Shown here: positions 52,594 through 60,939 of the stretch, one piece after another | Layout of the letters: each line of letters opens with the position of its first letter | Numbering within the stretch: the first letter of the stretch is position 1 | DNA from: Planctomycetota bacterium | Lineage (GTDB): Bacteria; Planctomycetota; GCA-002687715; CAIWVZ01 | Length of the DNA stretch: 64,000 bases | Assembly (NCBI GenBank): GCA_044222185.1 | Contig: JBGANV010000001.1 | Span: 64,001 to 128,000 of the forward strand | Direction: 5' to 3' | Notes under the pieces: model-generated | Told to the model about the DNA's origin: nothing | Databases searched by the model: none | What the model saw: the letters and a program-made list of their open reading frames with translations, nothing else | Translations under genes and position numbers: made by a program

Positions 52594-53509
52594 GGAGCCA
52601 CTGTTCGAGGTCTTTCGCGAGCGTTGTCGCATCCTGATAACGGTCCGCCGGGTTCGCTGCCGTCGCCTTCCGAATGATCTCGACGAGCGATTCGGGCACG
52701 TAGCTCACGTACTTCCGCGGGTCGAGGTCGTCTGGCCTCTCCGCCACGAGAACCTCGCGCAGCGCGACGGTGTCGCTGGCGTCATGCGCCATTCGACCGG
52801 TGATCGCCTCGTACATGACCAATCCGAGCGAGTAGATGTCGGAGCGCGGGTCAGTCCCGCGTCGGTGGACGGCCTCCGGCGCCATGTACGGGTACTTGCC
52901 CCAGACGACGCTGGCCTCGTCGTCCACGACAGAGGTCAGGGCCTTGGCAACGCCGAAGTCGCTGAGTTTTGGGATCCCGCGGAACGAGATCAGGATGTTG
53001 GTCGGGCAGATGTCGCGGTGGACGATGCCCAGGTGAACGCCATCGCGATTGTGCTTCTTGTGCGCGTACGCAAGCCCGTAGCAAACGCGCGCCATCGTGA
53101 ATGCGACGAGGTCGAGCGGGAGCGTCTCTCCCAGCTCCTTCGCACGCTCGATCATCTGCAGCAGGCTCACCCCAAAGACGTGTTCCATGACGATGAACAC
53201 TTCCTTGCGAGTTCGGACGAGCTGATAGACCTGGATGATGTTGGGGTGGACGAGGTTTGCGACCAGACGAGCCTCGTCCAGGAACATCTGCATCGTCCGT
53301 GGGTCACCGAGCCGCGAGCGGCTGATCATCTTGATGGCAACCAGCTTGCTGAACCCGGCGGCGCCACGCTTCTCGGCGAGCCAGACCTGCCCCATGCCGC
53401 CCGTGCCCAGAATCCGGATGAGCTTGTAGTCACCACCGACGCGGATGATGCGACCGGGACCGGATTTGAACCGCGCGAACACGTCCTCGATCGATTGTTT
53501 GATCCCCAT
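52505..53509 (-). CDS. Stand-alone Hanks-type Ser/Thr protein kinase
   Basis: GTGGMG, VAIK, HRDICPTN, DFG, GKYPYMAPE, SDIYSLG. Confidence 0.93.
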   Translation of the reverse strand: MGIKQSIEDVFARFKSGPGRIIRVGGDYKLIRILGTGGMGQVWLAEKRGAAGFSKLVAIKMISRSRLGDPRTMQMFLDEARLVANLVHPNIIQVYQLVRTRKEVFIVMEHVFGVSLLQMIERAKELGETLPLDLVAFTMARVCYGLAYAHKKHNRDGVHLGIVHRDICPTNILISFRGIPKLSDFGVAKALTSVVDDEASVVWGKYPYMAPEAVHRRGTDPRSDIYSLGLVMYEAITGRMAHDASDTVALREVLVAERPDDLDPRKYVSYVPESLVEIIRKATAANPADRYQDATTLAKDLEQWLLMSFLFPDEVRLSDYLAARFPQAQKHRYW

Positions 53510-53587
53510 GGGTACTCAGAGAAGGCGCACGGTAACTGGGTGGAACTGCCGCCTGAAGCCGGACGCTCTGCGGTGAAACCGCTCCGG

Positions 53588-55282
53588 TCACCTGCCGGTT
53601 CGGCGCGATTCCGGTGCCATCCGTTCGGCCCCGTCCTTGCGGCGCGGGCCATCGGGGCGCGAGTCAGGTTGCTCGGGTGACGGGTTGGACTCGGGGCGAG
53701 CGGCGGGCGGGACGCTGGTGCTGACGGTCGAACTGCCGCCCTTCGCGTCGTTCGCAGACGCTGCCGCCGCCTGTTTCGCCAGCGTGTCGTAGTAGGCATG
53801 GAGCACGTCCCAGGCGGGCTTGTTCCAGATGCTGTAGCTGACGTCGTCCTTGCGGTCGTCGTTGCGCCACCAGTTCCAGAGGAACATCCCCATGAACGCC
53901 GGGGACGCATCGCTCCAAGTCCGGATGTACGCTCGGAAACACGCCGCCTGCTCGGCGACGTCGGGCTTCGACGTGTTGATGTAGTAGTTCCAGGGATCCT
54001 TGTTGCAGCCGTCCTGGCTCGGATAGCCGATCTCCGTGAAGAGGATCGGCATGTCGATGTCCTTCTGGAATTCCAGCAGGCGGGTGCGGACACGGACCCA
54101 CTCCCGGTAGATCTCGTCGTCAGACGGGTCGTCGCTGTTCGTGAGCGAGTGGTATCCGGTCATGCCGACGATGTCGAGGTCGTGCCAGAACTTGATCTTG
54201 GTGAGGTGATCCCAGTTCGCGGAGTAGGTCAACCGCCCTGCAAACCGCGACCGAACGTTGGCGATCACGGCCTTCCATGCGCCGGTGTTCTCTTCGAGAG
54301 ATGAGAATTCGCTGCCGACACACAGGAGCGCCGCACCGAGGTCGTGGGAGATGTCGGCCCAGATCCCCATGTATCGGGTGTAGTTCCTGAACCACAGCCA
54401 GAGCTGCTTCGGTGTGATGTCGCCACGCCAGTGATCGGCGTTGCCCGTACGCAGCAGCACGAGGGGGAGGAACGCCACCCCCATGCCGCGGGCACGCACT
54501 TGTCGCGACACGCGGTCGACGGTCGGCCAACTGGCGGTCCGGCCCTTGACCGGTCCGAACTCCGTGCTCTGCCAGTCCTCCATGAGGTGCGGGACGCTGA
54601 GCATGGCGTGCGACGTTCCCAGCTCCTTCATCTCGTCGACGAATTTCCCGTAGTCGAAGTCGTCGTTCTGGGCCCACAGGCCGAGCGTGTTCCCGCGAAA
54701 GAATCGGACATCCGCGGGGATCGGCTCCGGCTTGCGACTCCAGACGCCCACGCCAGCGGCCTTCGCCTTGGCCTGTGCCGCGCGCAGGATCTCCGCATGA
54801 CGCGTGGCCTCTTCGAGACACAAGCGGACGAGCCCCTCTTCCAGGAGGACCTCTGCGATGAGCCGATCGTCATCCAGCACCGCATGGGCGAGCCAATCTC
54901 CGTTGGGAAGCTGGCGATCACCGTCGAATTCCAGGGTCAGCTCGACGCTCTGGACGAGTTTCTCGAGACGCGCTCGTGCCGTCTCGCCGAACGCGGAGAC
55001 GATCGTGCCGTCGCTCTCGACGACCGGCGCCTGGATCCCCTCGAGCACGACGACGGCACCTTCTGCGGTCGTGAATCGCTCGCCGCTTGTCGCCCCCTGC
55101 CCGTGCACGCGCGCGGACACGGCCGTCCATTGGTGCGAAGGGACGTCTTTGCGGTTGCTCGCCGTGCGCGGGCGACCACGCTCGTCGACCCACCGGAGCT
55201 CCTGGGACGACGCCCGGGGGCTGACGGCCGCGCCGAAGAGGACGACGACGGATAGCGCGAAGCACTGTGCGCGGTGAAGCAT
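53588..55282 (-). CDS. Secreted fusion of an SNase/thermonuclease-like domain and a GH113-like TIM-barrel glycoside hydrolase
   Basis: Signal peptide MLHRAQ...ASSQ; SNase-like LEGIQAP...LLEEGL...AKAAGVGVWS; GH113-like WRGDI, VGSEF, TYSANWD, FTEIGYPS. Confidence 0.8.
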   Translation of the reverse strand: MLHRAQCFALSVVVLFGAAVSPRASSQELRWVDERGRPRTASNRKDVPSHQWTAVSARVHGQGATSGERFTTAEGAVVVLEGIQAPVVESDGTIVSAFGETARARLEKLVQSVELTLEFDGDRQLPNGDWLAHAVLDDDRLIAEVLLEEGLVRLCLEEATRHAEILRAAQAKAKAAGVGVWSRKPEPIPADVRFFRGNTLGLWAQNDDFDYGKFVDEMKELGTSHAMLSVPHLMEDWQSTEFGPVKGRTASWPTVDRVSRQVRARGMGVAFLPLVLLRTGNADHWRGDITPKQLWLWFRNYTRYMGIWADISHDLGAALLCVGSEFSSLEENTGAWKAVIANVRSRFAGRLTYSANWDHLTKIKFWHDLDIVGMTGYHSLTNSDDPSDDEIYREWVRVRTRLLEFQKDIDMPILFTEIGYPSQDGCNKDPWNYYINTSKPDVAEQAACFRAYIRTWSDASPAFMGMFLWNWWRNDDRKDDVSYSIWNKPAWDVLHAYYDTLAKQAAAASANDAKGGSSTVSTSVPPAARPESNPSPEQPDSRPDGPRRKDGAERMAPESRRTGR

Positions 55283-55387
55283 GGCGATGTGGTACGGTCG
55301 ACGCCTGACGCCGTCAACTCTGGGGAGCATGTGGCTTGCCGGTGGTTCCAGGCACTCATACGATGCCCGGCCGTCACCGTCCCCACC

Positions 55388-57205
55388 ATGCGCGACATTC
55401 TCCGCGGACTCCTGCTGCCTCTCGCCATCGTCCCGGTGGTCGTCTGGGTGGGTTACGGGCACACGCTGGACGCCTCGTTCGCCGGCGGTCCCGCCGAGAC
55501 TCCGTTGGGGGGCGCGCTCCGCGCGGCAGCGGCATGGGCGTTCCCCATGACCGACCCGCACCTCGCCGGGGGACTTTGCATCGCCGTCCTCTTCGGTTGC
55601 GCCGTCTCGCTCTTCACCAGGCGGTTGACAGGCAACACGTTGTGCAGCGTGACCGCCGGCGCGCTTGCTGTGGGGAATCCCGGCACCGCTGCCGTGCTTC
55701 GCGCGCACCTCGCGCTGGACCAGCTCACCCCGGTTGCGTTGGTCTTCCTGGCGATGGGGCTGCGGCGGATCCCGCACTCCACCCACCTCGGTACGCCCGC
55801 GATCACGCGCCGTGAGGTCGCGTCCCTCGCCTGTACCGGACTGGCCGCGCTCGCGGGTGTGGCAGCGGTATTCGCTGCGGTCGGGATCCTGATCTTCGAC
55901 CTGGCTTACTCGCGATTGGCGCCAAGGCACGTCGTCGTCCGAAGCGGGTCGATCGCCGTCGCACACGCGGTTGCCGGCAGCTTGGGGTTCCTGGTTTCTC
56001 CGCCCGGAGGATCCCTTCTGCCACCGCCACAGGCGTTCGCGGTTCACGTCACATGGCTTCCGGGCAACTGGTTCACGTCGGGCGTCGTGAACTCCGGGCT
56101 GATCGCCGCCTGCGTATTCGGAATCGTCGCTCTCGCGCGTCGCCGATTGCACGCGAGGCACGTCATCGACGCGGCGGCGGCCAGCGCGCTCTGGATGGGT
56201 TCGATGATCGTTCTGGCGATCGTGACCGAGGGCCGCCTCGGGCTCTCGGCGCTGCCGGCAATGTCGGCTGGAGTGTGCTTTGCCGTCGTCACTTTGCTCT
56301 GGCGAATCGCGATGGCCTCGACGCAACCGCAGCGACTCGCCATTCCCGATGAGATGCCGATCCCGAGCGTCCCCGCGCTCCGCGATCCGATCCGAAACGC
56401 GTTCTTTGCCGCACGCAACGACGGAGCGAGGGCGCGCGCGACGCCTCGCGGTCTCGATGTCGCCGGCATCCAGTCCCTCATCGAGGCGGCCGTGAGCGGC
56501 GCGGTGGAATCCACGTTGCAGTCCGTGCGGCTGGCGTTTCGCGCTCCGCATCCGACCGAACCCACCGGTACGGCCGAGGAGGTCCTGTGGAACCGACTGC
56601 TTCGATCGAAGGGTGCGCCACCGCCGGACGAAGTGGCCCGAGTCGATCACCGCGCTTTCTACGAGCAGCATCTTGCGCCCGAGTTCCCGGGCACCCCGCG
56701 CGTCGTCTGCATCGGCCAGACGCCGTGGGAGCTGCTCTCGATCATCGCCGCTGAGCATTCGGGCCTGGTCCTGGTGGAGCGGAGCCGCGCGGGGGCCCAG
56801 CGGGCACACCACGACCTCGCCGGCAAGCGCGTGTCCGTCATCCGGCACGACGGGTGTCGGCTCGCAGCGATCGCGGACGGCAGTGTGGACGCGTTCGTGT
56901 GCATCGAGGAGGCGTCAGTCCGACGGCCCGTCGAGGTCGTTCGTCTCCTGGAGGAGATTCGCCGCACGTTGACGGCGGGTGGCGTCGCCGCCATCGCGTT
57001 CTGGGACCTCGGCCTTCCCGGAGTTGCCGATGCCGTCGTTCGACGCGCACATGCCGTGGACGGCCAGGATGGCTGGCCGCTCCGCCCGACCACGCAAACC
57101 GCGATGGATGCCTTGGCGCGCGCCGTCGGACTCGATCCGATACGCACCGTCCCGGGAGTGCTGCCGAACGTATCGTTGACGTGGATGCGGAGGGGCGCCT
57201 CGTGA
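55388..57205 (+). CDS. Multi-TM membrane protein with a C-terminal class I SAM-methyltransferase-like domain (degenerate)
   Basis: About 9 TM helices, then RVVCIG...LVLVE...IADGSVDAFVC...LLEEIRRTLTAGG. Confidence 0.6.
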   Translation: MRDILRGLLLPLAIVPVVVWVGYGHTLDASFAGGPAETPLGGALRAAAAWAFPMTDPHLAGGLCIAVLFGCAVSLFTRRLTGNTLCSVTAGALAVGNPGTAAVLRAHLALDQLTPVALVFLAMGLRRIPHSTHLGTPAITRREVASLACTGLAALAGVAAVFAAVGILIFDLAYSRLAPRHVVVRSGSIAVAHAVAGSLGFLVSPPGGSLLPPPQAFAVHVTWLPGNWFTSGVVNSGLIAACVFGIVALARRRLHARHVIDAAAASALWMGSMIVLAIVTEGRLGLSALPAMSAGVCFAVVTLLWRIAMASTQPQRLAIPDEMPIPSVPALRDPIRNAFFAARNDGARARATPRGLDVAGIQSLIEAAVSGAVESTLQSVRLAFRAPHPTEPTGTAEEVLWNRLLRSKGAPPPDEVARVDHRAFYEQHLAPEFPGTPRVVCIGQTPWELLSIIAAEHSGLVLVERSRAGAQRAHHDLAGKRVSVIRHDGCRLAAIADGSVDAFVCIEEASVRRPVEVVRLLEEIRRTLTAGGVAAIAFWDLGLPGVADAVVRRAHAVDGQDGWPLRPTTQTAMDALARAVGLDPIRTVPGVLPNVSLTWMRRGAS

Positions 57206-57435
57206 CCACGACTTCCGATTCGAATGGTGATGGTGACGCACGCGTGGAGCGGGCCCTCGAGGCGGGCTTCGGCGCGCTTGGCGACTGGCTCGACCTGGTC
57301 CGTGCCCATGAGATCCACCGTCGAAGCGAAATGGTGCAGCAGGCCCGACGGCGGCGGGACCACCTCACCCGCGTGGTGATGGCGGTGCTTTCGCTCGCCG
57401 TGATCGCCGCCGCAGTCGCTGCCGTTCGTGGTTGA
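57202..57435 (+). CDS. Small protein with a C-terminal TM anchor
   Basis: GTGA overlap with the upstream stop, GGAGG RBS, C-terminal hydrophobic helix. Confidence 0.5.
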   Translation: MTTTSDSNGDGDARVERALEAGFGALGDWLDLVRAHEIHRRSEMVQQARRRRDHLTRVVMAVLSLAVIAAAVAAVRG

Positions 57436-57441
57436 GTCAAC

Positions 57442-58587
57442 TCACCGAGCGAGGTCGAGGGCGCGCTCGAGGATCGCCAGCCGGTGTTCGTTCAGGGGAA
57501 CGCGGAGGCGGACGTCGTCGTCGAGCCGACCGTCGGTCGTGAACGCGAATTGACGACCGGTCGCCGCGCGCACACGCTGCGCAGCGAGACGTGCAGCGAG
57601 CCCGCCGGTCGGGGCTCGGAACATCATGTTCGGTGCCGTCGGATGCGTCGGCCTCGTGACGAGGCCGCATCGCGCCGCGGCTGCGAGAACTCGCTTCTTC
57701 GCGGTCCCGATCGCATCGATCAGAGGACTGACGATGTCAGGCGCGTCGCGAAGCACGCGCAAGCCGGCCTGGGCCCCGGGCTGCGACGGCGAGTAGGGCG
57801 ATCGGACCTGACGGAAGAGCGGCGCGGTCATTGCCCCCGCCACGACGAAGCCGAAACGAAGGCCGCGGAGGTCGTAGCCCTTCGATAGCGACCGAAGGAT
57901 CACGAGGTTCTCGTGATCGGCCGCATGGCGCACATAGCTGTGGTCGCGGCCGAGGAAGTTGGCGTACGCCTCGTCGATGATCACGATCACGTCGCGACGC
58001 CGCGCCTCCTCGACGACGCCGAGAACCTCCGGTTCCGCCGGCCACCCACCGGTCGAGTTGTACGGGAGGTCCGCGTACACCGCCGAGATGTCTCGGTCCG
58101 TCGCGAGCGCCGCGAGTATCTCCTTCGCCGGGAACCCGCCGACGTCGTCGTTGATCCTTCGGAAAGCACCGCCGGCCGCCGTGAAGTAACCCGCGAACTC
58201 GGGATAGACGGGCCCAGCGCCGAGCAGGGTCCCCTTGCGCAGGATGTAACCGGCGATCTCCTTGAACAGTTCGTAGGTTCCGTCGCCGAAGAACACCGCG
58301 TGCTCCGGGACCCGGCTTCCACCGAACGCGCCGAGTACGGTCCGAGCCAGCGTGGCTTGCCAATGGTGATCGACGACCGGATACGGCATCACGGCGCCGG
58401 GCGACGCCGCCCATTCGGCGAACAGGGGCTTCAGGATGTCAGCAGTCTTCACGAGACCTCGCTCGTCCTCGATGCTGCAGAGGTCGAGGATCGTCCCTGC
58501 CGGATCGGGAATGTTGGCGTGCGCGGCCTCGTCCAGGTAGTTCGGATGCACGTAGAGGCGTGCGGGTCCGGAGAGTGGGTCCGACAT
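57442..58587 (-). CDS. PLP-dependent aminotransferase class I/II (HisC-like)
   Basis: PYNSTG, IIDEAY, RSLSKGYDLRGLRFG. Confidence 0.88.
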   Translation of the reverse strand: MSDPLSGPARLYVHPNYLDEAAHANIPDPAGTILDLCSIEDERGLVKTADILKPLFAEWAASPGAVMPYPVVDHHWQATLARTVLGAFGGSRVPEHAVFFGDGTYELFKEIAGYILRKGTLLGAGPVYPEFAGYFTAAGGAFRRINDDVGGFPAKEILAALATDRDISAVYADLPYNSTGGWPAEPEVLGVVEEARRRDVIVIIDEAYANFLGRDHSYVRHAADHENLVILRSLSKGYDLRGLRFGFVVAGAMTAPLFRQVRSPYSPSQPGAQAGLRVLRDAPDIVSPLIDAIGTAKKRVLAAAARCGLVTRPTHPTAPNMMFRAPTGGLAARLAAQRVRAATGRQFAFTTDGRLDDDVRLRVPLNEHRLAILERALDLAR

Positions 58588-58589
58588 GA

Positions 58590-59837
58590 TCAGGTTCCGG
58601 TTGCGGTTCTTCGCCCGCGACGCTCGTTCACGGCCGTCAGCACGACGAGTCCGATGGTGAAGTACACGGCATTGAACAGCATGGCGGGCCGCGCGTCCAT
58701 GACGCCGCGCAGCAGGTCATAGATCGCCGGTCCGACGACCCCGGCGAGCTTCGTCGACAGCCCCCAGAGCCCGAACCATTCACCGGACCGGCCGCTCGGG
58801 GCGAACAGGGCGACCATGGCGCGGCCCGAGGATTGGCTGCTTCCCATGGCGAGGCCCGCGAACGCGGCCCCGATCTGGAAGGTGGTGACGTCCGGAGCGG
58901 CCGCCACGATCCCGACTGCTACGAGCCAGATCACGACCGACGTGACGAGTCCGGCCTTCGCTCCGATCCGGTCCTGCAGGTGGCCGAACGCGAAGGCGCC
59001 CCCGGCGGCGAGGATTTGCAGCCAGATGAAGAGCCACGCGACGGCGTCCTTCGACATGGAGTACTGGGTCGCGGCGTAAATGCCTGCAAACGCGATCACG
59101 GTGGCAATTCCGGCCTGCTGCAGAAACAACGAAACGAGGAGCCGGAACAGATCGGGGTACCGAGCATGTTCGGACACGGTGGCGAGCGTGCTGCCGAACG
59201 CCGTGCGGACGACGGCCTTCGTCGACGTTGCGGCTGGGACTGCACGCTCCTTCAGTCGCAACATCGTCGGCAATCCCGCGGCGAGGAAGAACCCCGCGAC
59301 GGAGATGGGGATCCACCGCGTCGCGTCATTCGGCATCCGAACGACGATCAAGAGCGATGCAAGGCCTCCGAAGTAGCCGATCGACCAACCGAGCCCGGAC
59401 AACCTTCCGATCTCGGCGGGCGTCGCCAGTTCGGGAAGGAACGCAGCGACGACGTTCTCGCCGATGGAGAAGGCGCAGTTGGCGATCACGAACATGGTCC
59501 ACGCGAATGCGACGTCGCCGCGACCGGCCCACGAGAGTGCGCCCGTGGCACCGACGCAGACGAGCCAGCTGCGCAGGAGGTATCGCTTCTTCCGCGCTCC
59601 GATGTCGGCGAGTGCCCCGAGGACCGGGCTGGTCAACACGACGATCAGCTGCGAGACCCAGATTGCGCGGCTCCAGAGTCGTTCGCCGGCGTCCGGGTCG
59701 GCCGCGATGTGCTTCGCGAAGTAGGTGCCGAAGAACGCGGTCACGATCACCGTCGTGAACGACGAGTTCGCGAAATCGAAGAAGCACCAGCTGAGCTTTT
59801 CGCCGCGGGTCGGCGGCGGAAAGGGTGTCGAGCTCAC
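58590..59837 (-). CDS. MFS transporter (UMF1/ATG22-like)
   Basis: SWCFFDFANSSF, PVLGALAD, GRLSGLGW, GEWFGLWG; 12 TM helices. GTG start inferred at 59837. Confidence 0.9.
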   Translation of the reverse strand: MSSTPFPPPTRGEKLSWCFFDFANSSFTTVIVTAFFGTYFAKHIAADPDAGERLWSRAIWVSQLIVVLTSPVLGALADIGARKKRYLLRSWLVCVGATGALSWAGRGDVAFAWTMFVIANCAFSIGENVVAAFLPELATPAEIGRLSGLGWSIGYFGGLASLLIVVRMPNDATRWIPISVAGFFLAAGLPTMLRLKERAVPAATSTKAVVRTAFGSTLATVSEHARYPDLFRLLVSLFLQQAGIATVIAFAGIYAATQYSMSKDAVAWLFIWLQILAAGGAFAFGHLQDRIGAKAGLVTSVVIWLVAVGIVAAAPDVTTFQIGAAFAGLAMGSSQSSGRAMVALFAPSGRSGEWFGLWGLSTKLAGVVGPAIYDLLRGVMDARPAMLFNAVYFTIGLVVLTAVNERRGRRTATGT

Positions 59838-60007
59838 GTCTGGCGGACTCCGAGGCACCAGCAGCCGAGCCAGAAGACGGCGAAGCCGCCGAACCCGAGA
59901 ACGATGAACTGGGCCTCGCTCGTGTCGCTCTTGAAAGCGATGACGCAGCCCACGCCCGAGATGGTCAGGCCAGCAATTTGGAGGAATCTGCCGATCCAGA
60001 ATCGCAC
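59834..60007 (-). CDS. Small 57-aa two-TM membrane protein (not in the ORF track)
   Basis: GTG start, MRFWIGRFLQIAGLTISGVGCVIAFKSDTSEAQFIVLGFGGFAVFWLGCWCLGVRQT; its TGA overlaps the MFS GTG start. Confidence 0.65.
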   Translation of the reverse strand: MRFWIGRFLQIAGLTISGVGCVIAFKSDTSEAQFIVLGFGGFAVFWLGCWCLGVRQT

Positions 60008-60078
60008 GGGCGCAGGGTAGCACGATCGATTGCCCGTGCTCGTCCGGGGCGACCGTCCTCGGTAGAAAGCTCGAACCG

Positions 60079-60939
60079 ATGAGCTTCAAGCTCCGAATCA
60101 GACCCCCATTCTTCGCCGTCGCCATGTTCTTCCTGCTGCTGGTCCTCATGTCCGAGGACCCGGCCGGTAGGGACGACGTGCTCCTGCGGTCCTTCGTCGG
60201 GGCGCTGTTGCTCGGGCTCGGAACGCTCGTCCACGAACTCGCGCAAGTGATGGTCGCTCAGTCACGCGGCTTTGCGATCGACGAGCTCGTCCTCCACCCG
60301 CTCGGCGCCGCAGCGAAGATCCGCTGGGAGCGCGAACGGCCCGTCGCCAGCGCACTCGTCGCTGCCGCGGGGCCGGCGGCGAACCTCGCGTGCGCGGGAT
60401 TGGTGTGGCTCGTCGCACAGCCGGTGAAGTTCGGCCGGACCTTCGTCGACGTCTGGGTCTGGTGGCCGCTATTCCTCGTGAACGCGCTGCTCGGCGTGGT
60501 GCAGTGCATCCCAGCGTTTCCATTGGACGGAAGCCGCGTCCTGCGGGGCTTGCTCGCGCATCGCGATGGATACGTCCTTGCGACGCGCAAGGCCGTTTCC
60601 GTCAGTCGTGTGCTGGCACTGGCGATCGCCCTGCTCGGTATCGTCGGTCCGATCGTCGGGTGGTCGTGCGCTCTGACCCTCGTGTTCCCGCTCTTCGGGC
60701 TCGGGCTCATGGCGATGGGAGAGGCGGAGCTGCAGCGCGTGTCGGCGGACCAGGCGTCACAGCGTGTGTTCGAGATGTTTCGGATGTTCGAGATGCGTCG
60801 CGGGGGCGCTTCGCCGCCACCTCCGGAGCCGGAGCCATCGCCGTCGTCCCCGGCCCAGGGCCCCGTCATCGACGTGGATGGTTCCTCCCGGGTCGTCGAC
60901 GACACGCCTCCCGCCGAGGGCCCGTCCCTCAAAGCTTGA
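60079..60939 (+). CDS. Site-2 protease (M50)-like membrane protein with an altered Zn motif
   Basis: LVHELAQ (HExxQ), LHPLGAAA, AAAGPAAN, IPAFPLDGSRVLR. Confidence 0.8.
   Translation: MSFKLRIRPPFFAVAMFFLLLVLMSEDPAGRDDVLLRSFVGALLLGLGTLVHELAQVMVAQSRGFAIDELVLHPLGAAAKIRWERERPVASALVAAAGPAANLACAGLVWLVAQPVKFGRTFVDVWVWWPLFLVNALLGVVQCIPAFPLDGSRVLRGLLAHRDGYVLATRKAVSVSRVLALAIALLGIVGPIVGWSCALTLVFPLFGLGLMAMGEAELQRVSADQASQRVFEMFRMFEMRRGGASPPPPEPEPSPSSPAQGPVIDVDGSSRVVDDTPPAEGPSLKA

Noticed and set aside
55283-56848. N-terminal extension making the SNase-GH113 ORF 1086 aa
   Set aside because: Overlaps the real plus-strand membrane gene; the signal peptide begins at 55282.
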